Of a DNA stretch of 64,000 nucleotides, positions 11,306 to 26,515 are shown one piece after another (position 1 is the first letter of the stretch; each line of letters starts with the position of its first letter). The notes under the pieces are model-generated. The model saw only the letters and a program-made list of their open reading frames with translations, did not search any database and had not been told where the DNA came from. A program made the translations under genes and the position numbers. The stretch is from the IMG/VR virus record IMGVR_UViG_3300012662_000008, positions 32,001-96,000 of that record, one strand, 5' to 3'. This stretch comes from a virus (lineage: Duplodnaviria; Caudoviricetes).

Positions 11306-14300
11306 AGAACCCTCCAACCATTGCATGCTGGATGGAATATATACTTCATTGACATCACTTTCAGAAAAATCAACAACTCGCAACCCCATAAAAGATTGCA
11401 TGGATTGCGTTGGAATACGAGCTCCAACATATTCAAGTTGCTTTAAGAAAGCATAATAATTTTGTTTTGCAAGAGCATCGATTTCATCGCTTCTTTGCAT
11501 CCTTTCTTCGGAGTTGAGCTTTTCAATTATTTCTGGTTTTTTTAGTAATTCATCAAGCGTTGTTCCGCTGTCTATAATTTGACTCGATATAACATTTCTG
11601 TTCTTTTCCCTAAGTGTAAGTTGTGTATTAAGTTTTCCTTCATCTGAGATATATTTCGCATATTTATGCCTAAAATTATCAAGGAGATTGTTTGTATTAA
11701 AATTATATTCAACACGTGAATATATATCAGATTTTAACAGCTCATCTACTTCAGAAAGATCGTCTATTACTACAAGATGATTTGTAGCTGATGTTCCTGG
11801 TTTTGAATAAAATTGTTTGAAACCACTAACACAGATAGGTTTGTCTTTATAATATATTGTATCATCAATATTTTCAAAAGTCGAATTATCTTGCGCTCAA
11901 CCAGGTAATGAAACTAATTTTCTTTCTCCAGTAATTGGGTCTGCTTCAAGGTGGTTCTTTTTAACAACAACATATAAGCTTTCCCCATTTGCACCTTTTA
12001 AGACACAATCGTATAAGTTTTTATCAACCGTACCGTCAAGTACTGCGTCACGAGATCGAATCTTATTTTTGAAAAAGTCTTCTTTTTGTTCAAGAACATC
12101 ACAAACATGCTCCCCCTCGGAAAGTCCAAACTGTTTTCCGTTAACACGACCCATAATAATTTCAGCAAAACGAACATCGACATTATAAGCGATATGATCC
12201 CGTTCTTTCAATCAAGTGTTATATTGTAATATAATATCTGGATCGAGAACTTGTCCAATACTTCTTAATTTTTCAAAAAACCTAACCTTATCAGGAATGT
12301 ATTCCTGTATATTTGCAAAAAGTTTTTCTTTGTTTCCAGTAATAAGAAACCTATTTCAGATTTCTGCTGATAATGTATTTAAGTCAGTATCTGGCGAAAA
12401 TTTATCTGCAAACACATCTCCAAAAGCACTAGATGCTGAAACTCGTTGCGTTTTATCAAGGCTTTGCATTTCCTGCCTAACAGCCCAGGAAAGATGCTTT
12501 TTAATTTCGTTAACTGTGGCTGCATCTACTATTCCAGAAATAGCACCGTTTTTTCAAAATCTAGCACGCAATTCTTTTGGAATTGACCAATATATAAAAT
12601 CAAGCTTATTTTGATCTACTATATTTAAGTTGATTGTCCCATCCTTTGCCTGCAATTGTCTAACATAATGAGCTGCACGACAATAGTCCGTATCATATAT
12701 GCTATGTGTTCTTCCATTTACAGTAAAAGTAGTATCGGAGGCCCTAAGATCAACCGGCCTACAACTCCATTTGAAAACTTTAAGTCCGTTGCTCCAATGT
12801 TTAACTCTGTCTCAATCATCCCAGTTATCGCAAACAACCATTTTAGGAGTTGTGCTACCAGGCTCAATAATAAGAACTGTATCACCCATACCAACATTTT
12901 GCGGATCAACTTCCTTTATAAAAGGATGTATGTGCGAATCGCCTAATATAAAAGCATTTTGTACTGGATCAAATCTTCCGTAGTTTCTTATATACTCTCT
13001 TGCAGAATAATTACATTTTGGATTGTTATAAACTTCTCTAGCAAACTTCTCGTAAGTCATTTGCTTTCCGTTATAATTGAAATATTGTATCATTCCACGG
13101 GACGGAACTTGTACTGCCGCAATTCCGGAGTACTTTCTTCGTAATCCTTTCTTATTAATTCCAGAGTTAACTTCTGCCACAAAAGCGCCAATCATCGTCG
13201 GATCGCTAAAAGGAATATTGATATCTGCGCTTGGGTCAGATTTTAAAATTTTTGCAGCTTTTTCCAGATAAGATTGAGCAAGACCCATAGTGTCTTTATT
13301 TCCGCGAGAGAAGCTTTCTATAAGCTCTTTTCCAAGTATCGTATGTAGCGTTCTAAAATCACCGCTATTAACAAGATTGTGTTTCTTTTTAAGAGCTTCT
13401 ATAACAACTTCGCCTATTTCAGAATATATATTATCTACCTCCTCTGTAAAATAACCTCCCTGTATAAGAGATGAGATCATCTGTGACATTTCTGTCACAG
13501 TCGTGTCGTCTCCCAGTGTGTGATCTGCATCCATCTGTACCCCACCAAACAAAAGCGACATTTTTGTTGTAACAAGATCATTACTATCGGTCCAAGACTC
13601 TTTTGGATTCAAGTTTCTTGTTCCAACCTTAATCGCAGATTTATTTACCAGATAACCAGTAAACTTGTCTTTCATACTTTCGTGGCAAACAAGATTTGCA
13701 AGAATCCTGTTGTTGACATTACTATATGCAAGTGTAAAAGATTTTTCATCCATTTGCATTGCATAAGCTCCACCAAAAATTTGGTCAATATCGTATAGAG
13801 ATGTTACATGAACCGTTCTTTTGGTAGTACCCCCAATAACAACGCCCATTTTATTAACTTCGGTCTCAGTTATAGTAACTTCGTTACCATTATTTGTAAC
13901 TGAATCAATTCTAAAATATTTTCCAGAGTTTTCCCCCTTTCTATATATATAATGTTTCTCAGTTAAAATTCTATCTCCATCCATCGATAAGGAGCCATCG
14001 GTACTGTAATATTTCTTGAAGTTAATTTTTGAACAATCAATTGTTTTATTATGCATCTTTCTAAACATTTCCTCAAGGGAAATTACGCTACCCATGGACT
14101 TTCGCCTACGATCGTTTGTTATTGCAAACACAGCTCACTTAAGAAGAGTGGGCATTCCGGTTCTAGGATCAACATCTCCAAAAATTGTCTTTTTATCATA
14201 TCCAACCTTTGCGTCAAAAAGGGACATATTTTCAAGCATTGCCTGAATAGGAGATGAAAATCCAGCACCATCCATTGAATCCATTTTGTCTGTAACGCCC

Positions 14301-17300
14301 ATCATATTAAAAAGTTGCACAGGCATATCCTGCATAGCGGCAAACTCAATATTTGACGCCGTACCATATTTTGTTGGCATGAACAAGTGAGTTGTTGCAC
14401 CAGCGATAACTGTTCTCTTATATGACGCAAGCAAACGAGATGCTTCACTATGGTCATAATATTCCTCATTTCACTTTCCAGTAGTTGGGCTAAAAACATC
14501 TGTTTCTTCCGCGTTATATTTATTTGGGTGAAAAAATGTATTTCCAAAAATAACATCGTTAAAAGAATTTGACAGAAGTATATCAGAATAATAAAAAGCT
14601 TTTAAAAGCGGATTTAATTTTCCGTCTTTTTCTAGGAGCATCGTTTCTGACTTTTGATCAAACCAATCGGATCCAATTTTATTATATATGCTTGTGTATA
14701 GCTCTGGATCGTTAATTTTATTTAGGGTGAACCCAACATCCTTAAGATCCTTTAAAAACAACTGTTGTTGTTTGTTAATTCTGTTAAAAAATGCAGTTTT
14801 TGTTGTATCAATTACATAAGTATCAATTGCATGTTCGAGAGTTTCATTAAAAGCACCATTGGCACTATAATGAAATTCCTCCTGAAAATCAATGCCCGCC
14901 TTAACAAACTGATTTCTTCAATATATAAAATCCGCAGCATTCTTTTTAGGACTAAGCCCATTTTGCAACTCCTTACAAGCATCAAGCTTCGTTTTTGCAT
15001 CAGTACTTTTTAATCGATCTATTAGTGCCATTTCCGCTGAAGCGTCTTGCTTGTTTGCGATTTTTTCATTGGCAATATTAGCTAGAACTTTTTGCCAGTC
15101 AGAAGCAAGATTGTTAAGGAGTGTTTGGAACTTTCCTTGCCTTATATTATATATCGCGTCAAAAAACATCTTTTCTCCCTTTATTGAAGCAGTGGGGCTC
15201 AATATGGTTGAAATAGCTTTTGAAAGAGTTATTGTCTCTTTACCTACAGTATCAATAACAATGTTTTTGTTGTAGGGTATAACGAAATGTGTATTTTTAT
15301 CAGAAAAGCAACTATTTTGTAGATATATGTTTTCTTCATCTGATTTTATAAAACTTTTATAAAAATCAGACATAATGCTAATATGCGCAAGCTCTGCCTC
15401 ACTCATATCACGAGAAGCTTTTTTATTTCCATCAACATCTGCGTCAATTCTAACAATAGGTTTTCCAACAAACTTGCCCATTTGCTTAAAAACAGGATTT
15501 GACTCGAACTGGTTTTCGCCTTTATTGGTAGAGAGCCTCAGTTTAAGTCGATCCATTTGTTGAATCATGGATGTAAGAGTATATGCAGCTACGTTGTTTT
15601 TAAAACTGTTTTTAAGTGTATTTTGTATATTGGTTCCTCAGGCAATTCCTAGGAATGTAGCAATCCTATTTAATGGAGCGTAAAAATTCTGTATAATTAA
15701 CTCACTACGTAATGAATCGTCAGTTATTCCATTTTTCCACATTGCACTATCATTGGCTAAAACTCCGTTTGTATCAGCTGCCTGTAACACGATTCCAATT
15801 GCCGGTACAAACTGTCTAAAAAGACTTGTGTGTATTGCCGAATCACCAGATTGTTGTTTCAAGACAGAATCGTAATTATCAGGAATTCTTGTTCCAAGAA
15901 TGTCCTCAATAAGCATTTTTCCAACACGATTACTTATATTTCCTGTTTTTAGCACAAATGAACGACCTGTTTTGGATCCATCTGCTTTTATATCCATTTC
16001 AATAACAATGTGCTCAGTATATTTATTTGGACCAAACTCAATCTTATTGTCATCAATTGTTATATTATATTTTTCTTTTAATGCTGCAAACTGTTCGGGG
16101 CTCTTGAATCTGTAATTATCAATTGCTGTGTTAATATCATCATATATACTATATAACGCAGCTGTTTGATAATTGTCTTGTATCAACTTATTCGTAACTG
16201 TTCCGTCTCGTTTAACTGTAACAAACCCTTTATTTTGTTCTGTCTTAAACATTAGGTTTAGTAACGCAGATTTTATTTCATTATCAACGTTGGAGTGTAA
16301 CAAGTTTTTAATTCCAAGAACTGTTGTTATATTAACACCTTGTACATCTCTACGAGTAACTGCATTAACAAACTTATCAATTATCGTATATAATGCCCGA
16401 TCAGCTCTTTTATAATCTGCGTCTGTATTTAGGTCAATTCTATAAAAATCTTTTAAAAACCGAACAAACTCCGAACTAGCATTAACTCCAGATAACCCAA
16501 TTGTTGCTGGAGTAACATGTGCAGGTATCCAATTTTTAAAAGTAGTCATAACTTGATTGTACTCTTTAAGAGATATTCCGGACCCATCAATTGGCAAGCC
16601 ATTTGTTTGAACTTTAGGAAAAATTTCTAGTATGGACGTAAGCATCTTTCCTACTTGACTTTCCATATCTACCTCTTCCTTGGTAGTCCACGTTTTAAAA
16701 GTTTCTGAAGTTGGACCAACATAAACGTATTTGTCACGTCCCTCCGTAAGGTTGGTATATTTATCTTTAGTCCTAATAAAAGGGGCCTCTCTTTTAAGTA
16801 GAGTGTCAAAATTTTTAAGAACTGTATATGCATCTCTGGCGTCTTTATATGCGTTTGTAGTTATGTCTCCATTATAATTTCCGAACTCCATTAATGCTAT
16901 ATTAACGGTGTTAACAAATTGCTCTGGAGATTCAAATGTACAGGTAGCTCCAGGATTAACCAGATTTAATATTTTATTAACTAGCTGAGTTTTATAATCA
17001 TAAACTCGCTCATTAATTGTATCGACAAATATCGGATTGCTTGGTGCTAATGAAAGATCTATAGATCTATTAGTTATTGGATTAAAAACGGTAGCGGTTA
17101 AAAGACTTCTCCGAAAATCCTCAATCATTTTATCCATTGCTAATTTGTCGCCACCATAATCTATATCTACATTATCAGAACTCTGTAAAAAGTGATCCAT
17201 AACTTTTTGTGGATCAGCTGTTTTTCCAGTTTTCAAAATATTAAAATTGGAGAGGGAAATATTTTCCCCCTCCTCTTCTAATACTCTTATTATTTCATCT

Positions 17301-17425
17301 GCATTTTCATATTTTTCACGAATTAGTTCTTCATAATTCTTACGATATTTGAACCATCTCTTAACTTCGGCGAAAGTGCCCTCGTTGTTTAAAATCTTTT
17401 TACTTGTACAAATTGGTGCATTCAT
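11306..17425 (-). CDS. Virion RNA polymerase exon 1 (single-chain two-barrel crAss-like RNAP; spliced product 3385 aa)
   Basis: ORFs 15638, 14918, 14471, 14135, 12812, 11897 and 11300 are in one frame via TGA. NKSAIKVG (beta-like lysines) and GARIPTQSMQS (beta'-like RxP) precede the split DxDxD motif. Confidence 0.87.
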
Positions 17426-17427
17426 AA

Positions 17428-20400
17428 TTAATTACAAATTTTCTTAAAATCGTTACTTGAAAATGCGTCTGAAAGATTATCAGCTATATTAAAAAGTACC
17501 GATGCTGCATCTTCGTCAGTAACTTTATCCTCTATTGTGGCATATAATACATCTAGTTGCTGTGTATAATTTTCAAAATTCATATTTTGAATGATGCCAG
17601 CAACATCAGAAATTATAAAAGGATCTATTGAAGAACCCAATGACTTAACCATATCGATAGTTGTGTCAATCTTAACCGGGCGAACTTCGCCGTCATTAAC
17701 TTTGAAGAAATATTGATCACTACCTATATATACTTCAATTGACTCAATAACATTTGACTCGTTCTTATTAACCTTAACACTTGTTACATCTTTTATTGGA
17801 ATCCCATACTGTTCAATCTTTTTAAGTAGTACCTGAGGCAAACTATCTATATTATTTTGGGTTTTTTGTGCTGTTGTCAAGTCGTCAGATATTCTAACTG
17901 GAATCCCGGCTGTTTCGAGCATCTCATTAATTGCGGCTGCCGCTTGTTCGTCTCCTTCTGCATACGCATCTTTTATAATTTCATTAAAACTCAATCTACT
18001 TTCAACATCATAACCCAATGTTCTATTCAACAAAATTACTAAATTTTTCTGAAAATTCAAATAGTTATCTAGACGTTCTTTTCTTGGATCAGTTACCGTT
18101 TCTGGAGCAGACTCTGAGTTTTCAAACAAAGTATTCAAATCGCCGTTTTCAATAATAGTATCAGTAGTATTAAATTCATATATAGGTGGCAACATATCAA
18201 CCACGTCTGAAATTCTATTTTCGGTAGTTTCAAAAGAAGCATCTATATTTTTTCAACAAGTTTTTGGTTTCTCCGAATCTGATATAAACTGACCAACATC
18301 GTTAAGTGTGATCCCATGTTTGAAATAAGAATTTTTCCTAAAAGTATTTTCAAAATCAGCAAAACTTTCAATCGGAATCCCACGTAACATATTATATATA
18401 TTATCGTAGTCCGTTGGAACGAAATATCTAACCTCGACTGTATCGCCCTTTTGTATGGTTTGCTCTGTAGTTAATTCAAACAAAATCTTGGAGTTCTTTA
18501 TATTGTTCCCATTAAACTCTACAGTAACTCCTCCATTTTCAGGGCTATTGTTAATTGCACGAACTATGTCTGAAAGTCTAGTTGTAAGTGTTTTCCCCTT
18601 TTCATATCCGACTCCAGTAACAGATGCTATTGGTTTCTCTTTATAAAATTGTCCAGAGTTTGTTGCTTGTCTATATATTTCATATTTTGATTCAGATGAG
18701 TTATATTGAACAAGATATGTCCTTTTGTTCGATCCGCCACGTCCGCTTGCCATTGTAATCTTTAATCCTGATCGTATTCCAGCTTGCGTACCAGTTTGTG
18801 CAATGGATTTTGTTTGAATCAAACGTAAAACGTTTGTTTCAAAAAGATATTTCATTTTTTTATCTGGATCAAAAGAGTCATCATTAAAAGTCAGATAAAA
18901 GGCATTTAACAAGTGTTTTGCAGACCCATTAGGTAAGAGTCTATATACACCTCGCAATTTTTTGAAATTTTCTGCCTGAATTTTTATTTGTTCAGCTTCA
19001 TCAGCAGATCCTGTTTTATTTAGATTGAATCCACCAATAAACTGCCGCAAGTACATTTCTGCTGCGTCTTTTGAATTTCCAGCGAATTTGCTTTTTTGTG
19101 TTTCTGAAAGATCTTTATATTCAATTGACCCAAGAACGAATCGTTCAATACAAACTATGTTATACAAGTCAGCAAGAGATGCTATTCGTTTTGTTCTAAC
19201 GAGAGAAACTGGAGCTTTTGGAGAAAGAGTTCTCAACGGAGATAATGCAAGGAAACTATTTGTTCCATGTTTTGCATTCTCTTCCTTTTGTTTTGCATAT
19301 TCGGACGTACTGTCATTGAGTTTTTTAACTTCATCAGTATATGTTTTCCAATCAATCTCTTCTTTATCCAATTGATTTTGTAATTCATTAAGTCTTTTAT
19401 AATATTGGACCTCTTCTATTGTGAAGGCAGGCATTTGGTCGATCTCTGTCGATGTGTATGCCAAATTTGTACCAGATCGGTCCTTTCTATAATAAAAGAC
19501 AGACTCAAGATCCTCATCAGTTAAAATATCAATCGGCGATCAAACAGTATAACTAAGACCTTCGTTATTCTTCCTGAAAGTTCTTTGTTTGTATGTTGAG
19601 TATACAGAACTTTCGTCAAGAGTTCCAATATCGGCATCTTCTTTTGCAGGAGCAAAAACTTTTGTTCCAGAATAAGTTGTTCCATAATTAAAAGACGAAA
19701 TAGAAAACTCTCCAGAACCATCTTTACTTCCTTTTAAAAATTCAACAGCTTTTACTAGTTTGAACAATTGTTTTCCACGAGGCACTGTTACAATTCCTTC
19801 TACTCGTTGATTTACTTCTGAAATTGGGATTAATTTTTGTTTACCGTTAACAAGAACTGGAAAATATATAATTGATTTCGGTGTTTTTGAATTTTTAATA
19901 GGAACTGCCCAGAACTTACGTTCTCCATCAGCAACATTGTTCCATTGTGCGCAAACACTTTCAGCAATATCTTGGTCGACACTAGTATAGCGAATCAATT
20001 TATCTACATGCCTCTCTTCAAAAGCCATGTTTGCCATTACCCCAGACGAGAATAATCTAACAAAAGTTCTGTATCGGTCAATTTTATCATATTCCTCGGA
20101 TCCAGTCATATCATCGATCATATTCATGCCCGACGATTTGTCTTGTAACCAAGTTTCAGATTTTGGATTATACATATCATCCATAAACTCCTTTCGATCA
20201 TATATAGTATCTCCAGGTTTTATAACAGAATCTGATACGAGTTTTTGTTGCCTTTTACTGTTGTCAATCTTAACTTTTTCCTGTTCTTTTTTTGTTTCCT
20301 TTAGAATAGATGTGTCATCTAAAACTTTTGTATCAAGACTGACTTCGGGTATTCCGTCGTCAAACTCAGAAACCCCCATTGGTTTTACCGGCGTTCCTCC

Positions 20401-23400
20401 TAAACTAGAACCACTTCCTGAACTAGACCCGCTTTCAGAGCCTCCCGTTGATCCTGCGCTAGAACCACTAGACGAACTACTGGTTGGTGTCGTGGGCGTT
20501 TCTGGTTTTGAACTCTTTATAAGAGAATCAACTATATTTCTCCATTCAATAATTCTATCTTTTGATGCGGTAATTGCAGTTGGTTCAGACGCAACAGAAT
20601 GATCCCTCTGTGATGCTTTTATATTTAATTCAGATAGAGAATTGTCTGATTTAATCACAAATCCCTGCTTTGCACGACTAACCATCGTGTTGAGGTCTTT
20701 TAACTTATCATATAATGTTGCATCATCTTTATCGAACGATTTGTCTATAATAACGTAATCAAACTCTCCACCCTGTACTTTATTCGCATCTATAATGGTA
20801 AGATTCGCATATTTACCCGAGTAATCACTATAGTTATTTGGATTGTCAGTGATAATGGCTACAGTTTCACTATCCTTTGCCAATTTAACAAACTCGTCAA
20901 CATAGTGTTTTGTTTCTGAAACAATTTTTCCACCAACAAACTCGGAGCCAGGATCCTCATAATAGTCAAAATTGATTGAAACATACCCAATCTTTTTTGA
21001 TATCTCATCGTAAGTTAATTCTGGTTCATTCTGGAAAATATCATAACCCCTGTTAACAAGGTTCTCAACAGCAGCTATATTTGTCTGCATTGCAGCATTT
21101 TCGCAACGAATGGATGATGTTAATTCTGGTGTAGTTGTAATGAAACAATCCTCAATTCCACTAACCGCACTTTTATTGTCGTTAAAAACAATTTTTCCAT
21201 TTTGTTTTTTATCTCCAGAGCATATAATAATAGCATTTTCGGCCTTGGCAATTGCAGATAATATCTGCATATCTCCTTCAGACGCAAAAGTAACCTCGTC
21301 AATGATAATCAATTTGTTTTTTGATTTTTTATCAAAAATTGGCTTTGCTGGTTTGGTTAATTTTATTTCGGCATCGTTATATAATAACGCATGCGAAGTT
21401 TCCTCCCCACTCATTGGTTTTGGTTTTGTAGCACAGTTTTGGTTAATAAAATCATCCAACAAAAATGCCTTTTCTGGTTTTGTGCCAGTTTTATTTTGAA
21501 GATTATCAAGTTGTGTTTTATGAGGGGCAATAATAACTGTATCTAAGTCAGCATGTTTGTTTTGCAACAATTTTTGTACAAAAACATCAACGCAACTGGT
21601 CTTTCCCGTTCCCGGACCGCCTTGAACGAATATTGCGTTTTCAATTAATGCCTTATTTTTTAAGTAGATATCAGCTGTTGATCCATCGGCGTTGATATCC
21701 TTTTTAATTTTCCCGAGTATTGCATTAAAAATATCTGGATTTTCAAAATATGCGCCACTAGTTAAAATCACCCAATCTTGATTGAAAAGTGGCAATATAT
21801 CGCTGTTTTCCTCGTGGATTTTTTTAAGACTCAGGTAATCTTCTTTTAAGTTTGTTGCAGCACAACTAGCCAAGAAATAAACAGATGCTAGATTCGTTGA
21901 AGCATATTCCGGATCATCTGTGAATTTACCAGAGTTCAATTTATATGCGTTTTCATCAATTAACTCAGATATAACCTTGTTAAGTTTTTCTTTATCAACT
22001 TTTCTAAGCTCTTCCCCAACTTTTTCTGCAAAATCAAAAAACGCTTTTGTGTATTCTGCAATATTCTCATTTGTTATCTCAGAGAAATCTTTGTCTGCAA
22101 CTAAGTTTTGTCATATACCGAGTATGTCAACTTCTGGCAGAGCATCCTTTAATTTAGATGCAATCGATGGCTTGCCAGTAGTTAATTCAGAGAATAAGCC
22201 CTTAATTAAGCTTGATTTAAAATTCTTTTCAGATTCAAAATGAAATCTAGCTTGCTGAGCTTTATTTGTATCAGAAATAGATATAAGAGCATTTGCTTTT
22301 GAAAGTATATAAGATATATCTGAAATTAAAAAATTTCTAGTATTTTCGTTAATTCCAGAGATAAGTTTCTCCTTGCCGGCATTTTTCCTATATATATTTA
22401 ACAACTCAGAATAACCATTTGTGAGAGGCGAAATAAGGGTTGTTATCATCTCAATAACATCTGGAATCTTTCTCAATGCAGTATCAATTGCCGGATTATT
22501 AATTATATATTTTGTAACATCGTTGAAACCAACAAGAGAGTTTTCCTGCTCTTTTAAAAGCTTGATAACACTAACAACATCGTCTCCAACATTTAATTCA
22601 AAATCCCTAATAAGATCAACAACGTCCATCGAGATCACCTCTTTTTTTAATTTAGAGATTTTATTTAATCGGGTTGTAATATCAAAATCGATGCCCAATA
22701 ACGTTTTAAGAGCGTCTTTAAAAGACGCCTCTGATTCGAACTGTTCACTCGCATTTCTGAAATCTTCCATAGTAAACTGCCCAGAACTAAGTTTTTGCAA
22801 CAATGTGTATAATGTATCCCGTTTTTTTGGAGAATCTTCAATTCCAGTTTCTCCGAGCATATTTTGATATTCAGCATCAAAAACATTCGCAGTTTTTATA
22901 TGTGGACGAACTAAGTCAAACAACACTGTATTTAAAATATTGTCATTATCTGAAACCATTTTTTGATCTCGAAGAGTTTTGTAATAATTTTCAATAAGAC
23001 CAAACTTATCAGAAAAGAACTTTTTTCTGCGAGAAACCGCTTCGTTGATAACCCTCTTATTGTTTGCGCCGTCGTTATTTATTTCAAAACCGTCGCCAAG
23101 TACTGTTTTAACACGAGCATTAATATCACTAGTATCTTCCCCTTTAGAAAAATAATCTAAACTATTATATAATTCTTCTATAAGATCATCATAATCAGAT
23201 ATTTGATCATTTAGTGCAACAATTTTATCCAAAAATGTTTCCGTTCCAGTTTCAGTTATCGATTCAGATAATGAATCTCTATTAAGAGAAAATCTTTTAT
23301 CAAACTCGGAAATACGTCCGGACACTGTGTTAAGATCATCTTGCATAACTTTTATTTCATTAGTTATTGCAGTAAGATTTGTGTCGCCTTTAACAATTGA

Positions 23401-26400
23401 CTGTAATTCTGTATCAAACGCTTTTATTTCATTATATCCAGCTGGCTCATCTGGAATAGTTTCAGAGTCATATAATTCTGCATTACTTCTAGCTGCATCT
23501 AATCCTATCAAGTTAAGCACTTCATATTTCGGATCTTTTAAGAGCTCCTGCTCTTTTTGGTTGTAGCTTGTTCTAAAATTTTTCTGTAACTCTTTTAAAT
23601 CCCTAGTTAACTCTATAACTTTTGCCTGGTCTCTATTATATTGTGAAAACGCTTCGGAGTCACGGCCTATAACTGCGTGATTGTAATATGCATTTGTTTT
23701 TAGGTCTTTTGTTTTTGTCTCCAACTCTTTTAATCTCGGAGACATAAGTTCCATCATTCTATAATGCAATGCCGCAGCGCGCCTTTTTAGATCAATATCG
23801 TTGAGTTTCGATGTGTTCATCTCCTTTTTAATTGCATCTTGTTCATATCTGGAAAGGTCATTAAACTTTTTCCCATATATAACCTGCGCAAAAGTTTCTG
23901 GAGATTGTTGCCAATAAGGTGTAGTATAAGATCCGTCAGCCCTTTTCATTCCTTTTATTCAGGGCTCACTCATTTCTGGAGAAACCGTAAAAAGTACCTG
24001 ATCCGCATATTCATCATCATTTTTTCCAAGCATAAGTTTGTCGCGGAGTTCATTAAGCTCTTTAAGATGCTGTTTCAGATAATCAAGGTTTTTATTTTTT
24101 TCAAGATTTTCCGCAGCAACCTCCCGTTCTTCACGAGTTGGGGCTTTTGTAGTTTCGTTGCCTATTTTATCAATTGCAGCCTGCGTTTCTACTATTTTCC
24201 GAGCAACATCTACTATATCACTCGCATAAGTAGTGTGAAATCCATACTCTTTAATTGTTGCTAGATATGCATTGTGCATTCCCTTGTCTGCAGCGAAAAA
24301 TTCGTCACGAGACTTTGCTTTTGAGTCTTGAAAAAGGGCATCTTCTGTCTCTTGATTCTTTTTAAAAATATCCGTTTCAGTAAGAGTAAGTTCGCCTTTT
24401 GCAATTTTTTCAAAATCGTCTTGGTTGAAAAGTCGTCCATATTTAATATTTAAACCAAAATCATTAACAACATTTTCCATATAACGTATATAATTCTTTA
24501 TAACGTTATAATTATAATTTGCTTGATTGTCAGTTTCTGTGCCTTTTTCAAAAACTTGATTTCCCTCAGAGTTTTTCCTAGTTTTTGTTGCAGAAAGGTT
24601 TTTATTTCCTAAGTAGCCCTTATCATATAAGACATCAAGTCGATCATATAATTCATTTGTTCTACCAGACGTAATCATATATAGCGCCTGCTCTTTTGCG
24701 TCTAAACTAGCAAGTTCAACCACTTTTGGTCCAAAAATTCTCTCATATCTATTCAGCCCCTCAAACACGGCACCACCAAGAAAACCTCCAATAAAAGCCT
24801 GCCCATATCGCGTAGCAATATTTTGTGGTGTATATCCAAAATCAAGTTTTTCCTCTTGTCGTTCCCTAACCGGTATTCCTAGAGCTTCCGCACCAAGAAA
24901 TAGACATTTAACAGCATCGGCAGTAGCTTCCTCCATTGTCTCTTCAACGCCCTCATTAAAAGCACGTCCAATAACATCTTTCGCAACAATCTTTGTTTTC
25001 TTTGTTACGCCAGACGCCAGTGATTGTGCCTTCCCTGCTACTGGACTTGAAAGAAATTTTTGTCAGAGATTCTTTAATTTATTCGAGCTTGCATTATATA
25101 ATACCTTCGCCTCCTCTTTCGTAAGAGATTCTTTTCCGAGCAGCGTTGCATAATATGGATCGGAAAGTTCCTTTCTAAGGTTTTTAATAATTCCAGGAGC
25201 CTCAGATTCATCAAGTACTCCACCTTTAAAAAGCCATTCTCTAAAATAATCAGCATGCATCAATCCATATAATGTACCTATCGATGCAAGCATTCCAATT
25301 CCAGCAGCTTGATCTGACGCTCCAGCTTCTTTAAAATCAGAGTAAACTTGGTCTGATGATGTTATTGCCATAAAACCAAGAGAAAGTTCGCGAGCAAGAT
25401 TTTTATTGCCCATATTAACGGCTTTCTGGATTCCGTAAGTCAATTCACCTAATGTTTTCTGTGAATACAATTGGCTAGCAGAAGATGTGAGAATATCAGC
25501 AATACTTTCGAGAGACCAGAAGCCATCGCGCTGCCCTTTATCAGATTGTGTTGGAGCAAACTTTTGGAACCAATTCTCGGCAACGGTCATATTTTTTCCA
25601 AAAGAACCATTATTATCTCCGCCAAACAGCCCATTAATTGCCTTCCCAAGAGTTGGCATGATGCTAGTAAGGCCGGAAACAATGCCAAGAACACCCATAA
25701 CATTTCTAACTCCAGGAATCAGATAAGGAGTTAATGTGACAGCGGTTTTAACAAGAGTCCCCGTAATGCTTTTTTCAAGTCCATCAGAGTCGAAAAAATC
25801 AAACTTGTTAAGAGTAGATCCATCCACAGTAAGAGTGTCGGTATATCGTAATATATCTCTGCCATATCCCTCTTTGTTTCCTAGTACCTCATAATAAAAA
25901 TCGCCATTTTCGTCGGTTTTATAATCGCCTTTTTTATGAAAAACTTTTTGTCCATTTATCTTTTCGTACCCATCTTCATCATATATTGCAAGGGCTACGG
26001 TTGGATCCAAAAGAGACTTATATAATCCAGAATGTTGGTTTGGAGTTCAATCTAGTTTGTTTCCATTTTCATCACGCACATAGTTATCTTGCGCAATCTC
26101 TCTAATACTAAAAGTAGGATCTCCGAAAACACCAATCCCAGTAATACCCATACTTCTTCTATCTGGGTTGTACATTTTTGGAGTTATTGTGGCGCTAACG
26201 TCTTTTACTTCAGTTTTCAAGGGCTGGGTCCAATCAAAAGGATCTTTTGCTAAATTATCAACAAGCTTCTTTTCCCAGTCCTCATTGGCAAAATCGTTAT
26301 ATGTACTAACGGCACTTGTATAAAAATTATCAAACGCCACTTCATCAAAATTTCCATCTTTTGTAAATGCCTTTTGTACCTCTTCATTGTTTTTATAAAA

Positions 26401-26514
26401 ATCTTCAGATTGTATATTAACATTATCTGGAGTTATTCCATGTGCTACTATTTCATCAAAAGAGCTTGGATTATTAAATAAAAGGGTTGCTACCCAGTCC
26501 TTGTTATTCGCCAT
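17428..26514 (-). CDS. Giant virion cargo protein, 3028 aa: hydrophobic N-terminal segments, coiled coil, SF1 helicase domain
   Basis: ORFs 26047, 25063, 23959, 22111, 19540, 18253 and 17428 are in one frame via TGA. Motifs VQGGPGTGKT, IIIDEVT, SGDKKQ, KVQGGEFDYVII and VSRAK, plus a Ser/Gly linker. Confidence 0.85.
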
Positions 26515-26515
26515 A

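Noticed and set aside
20395-20500. Repetitive ctagaacc/ctagac sequence
   Set aside because: Explained by the Ser/Gly linker codons of the 3028-aa protein
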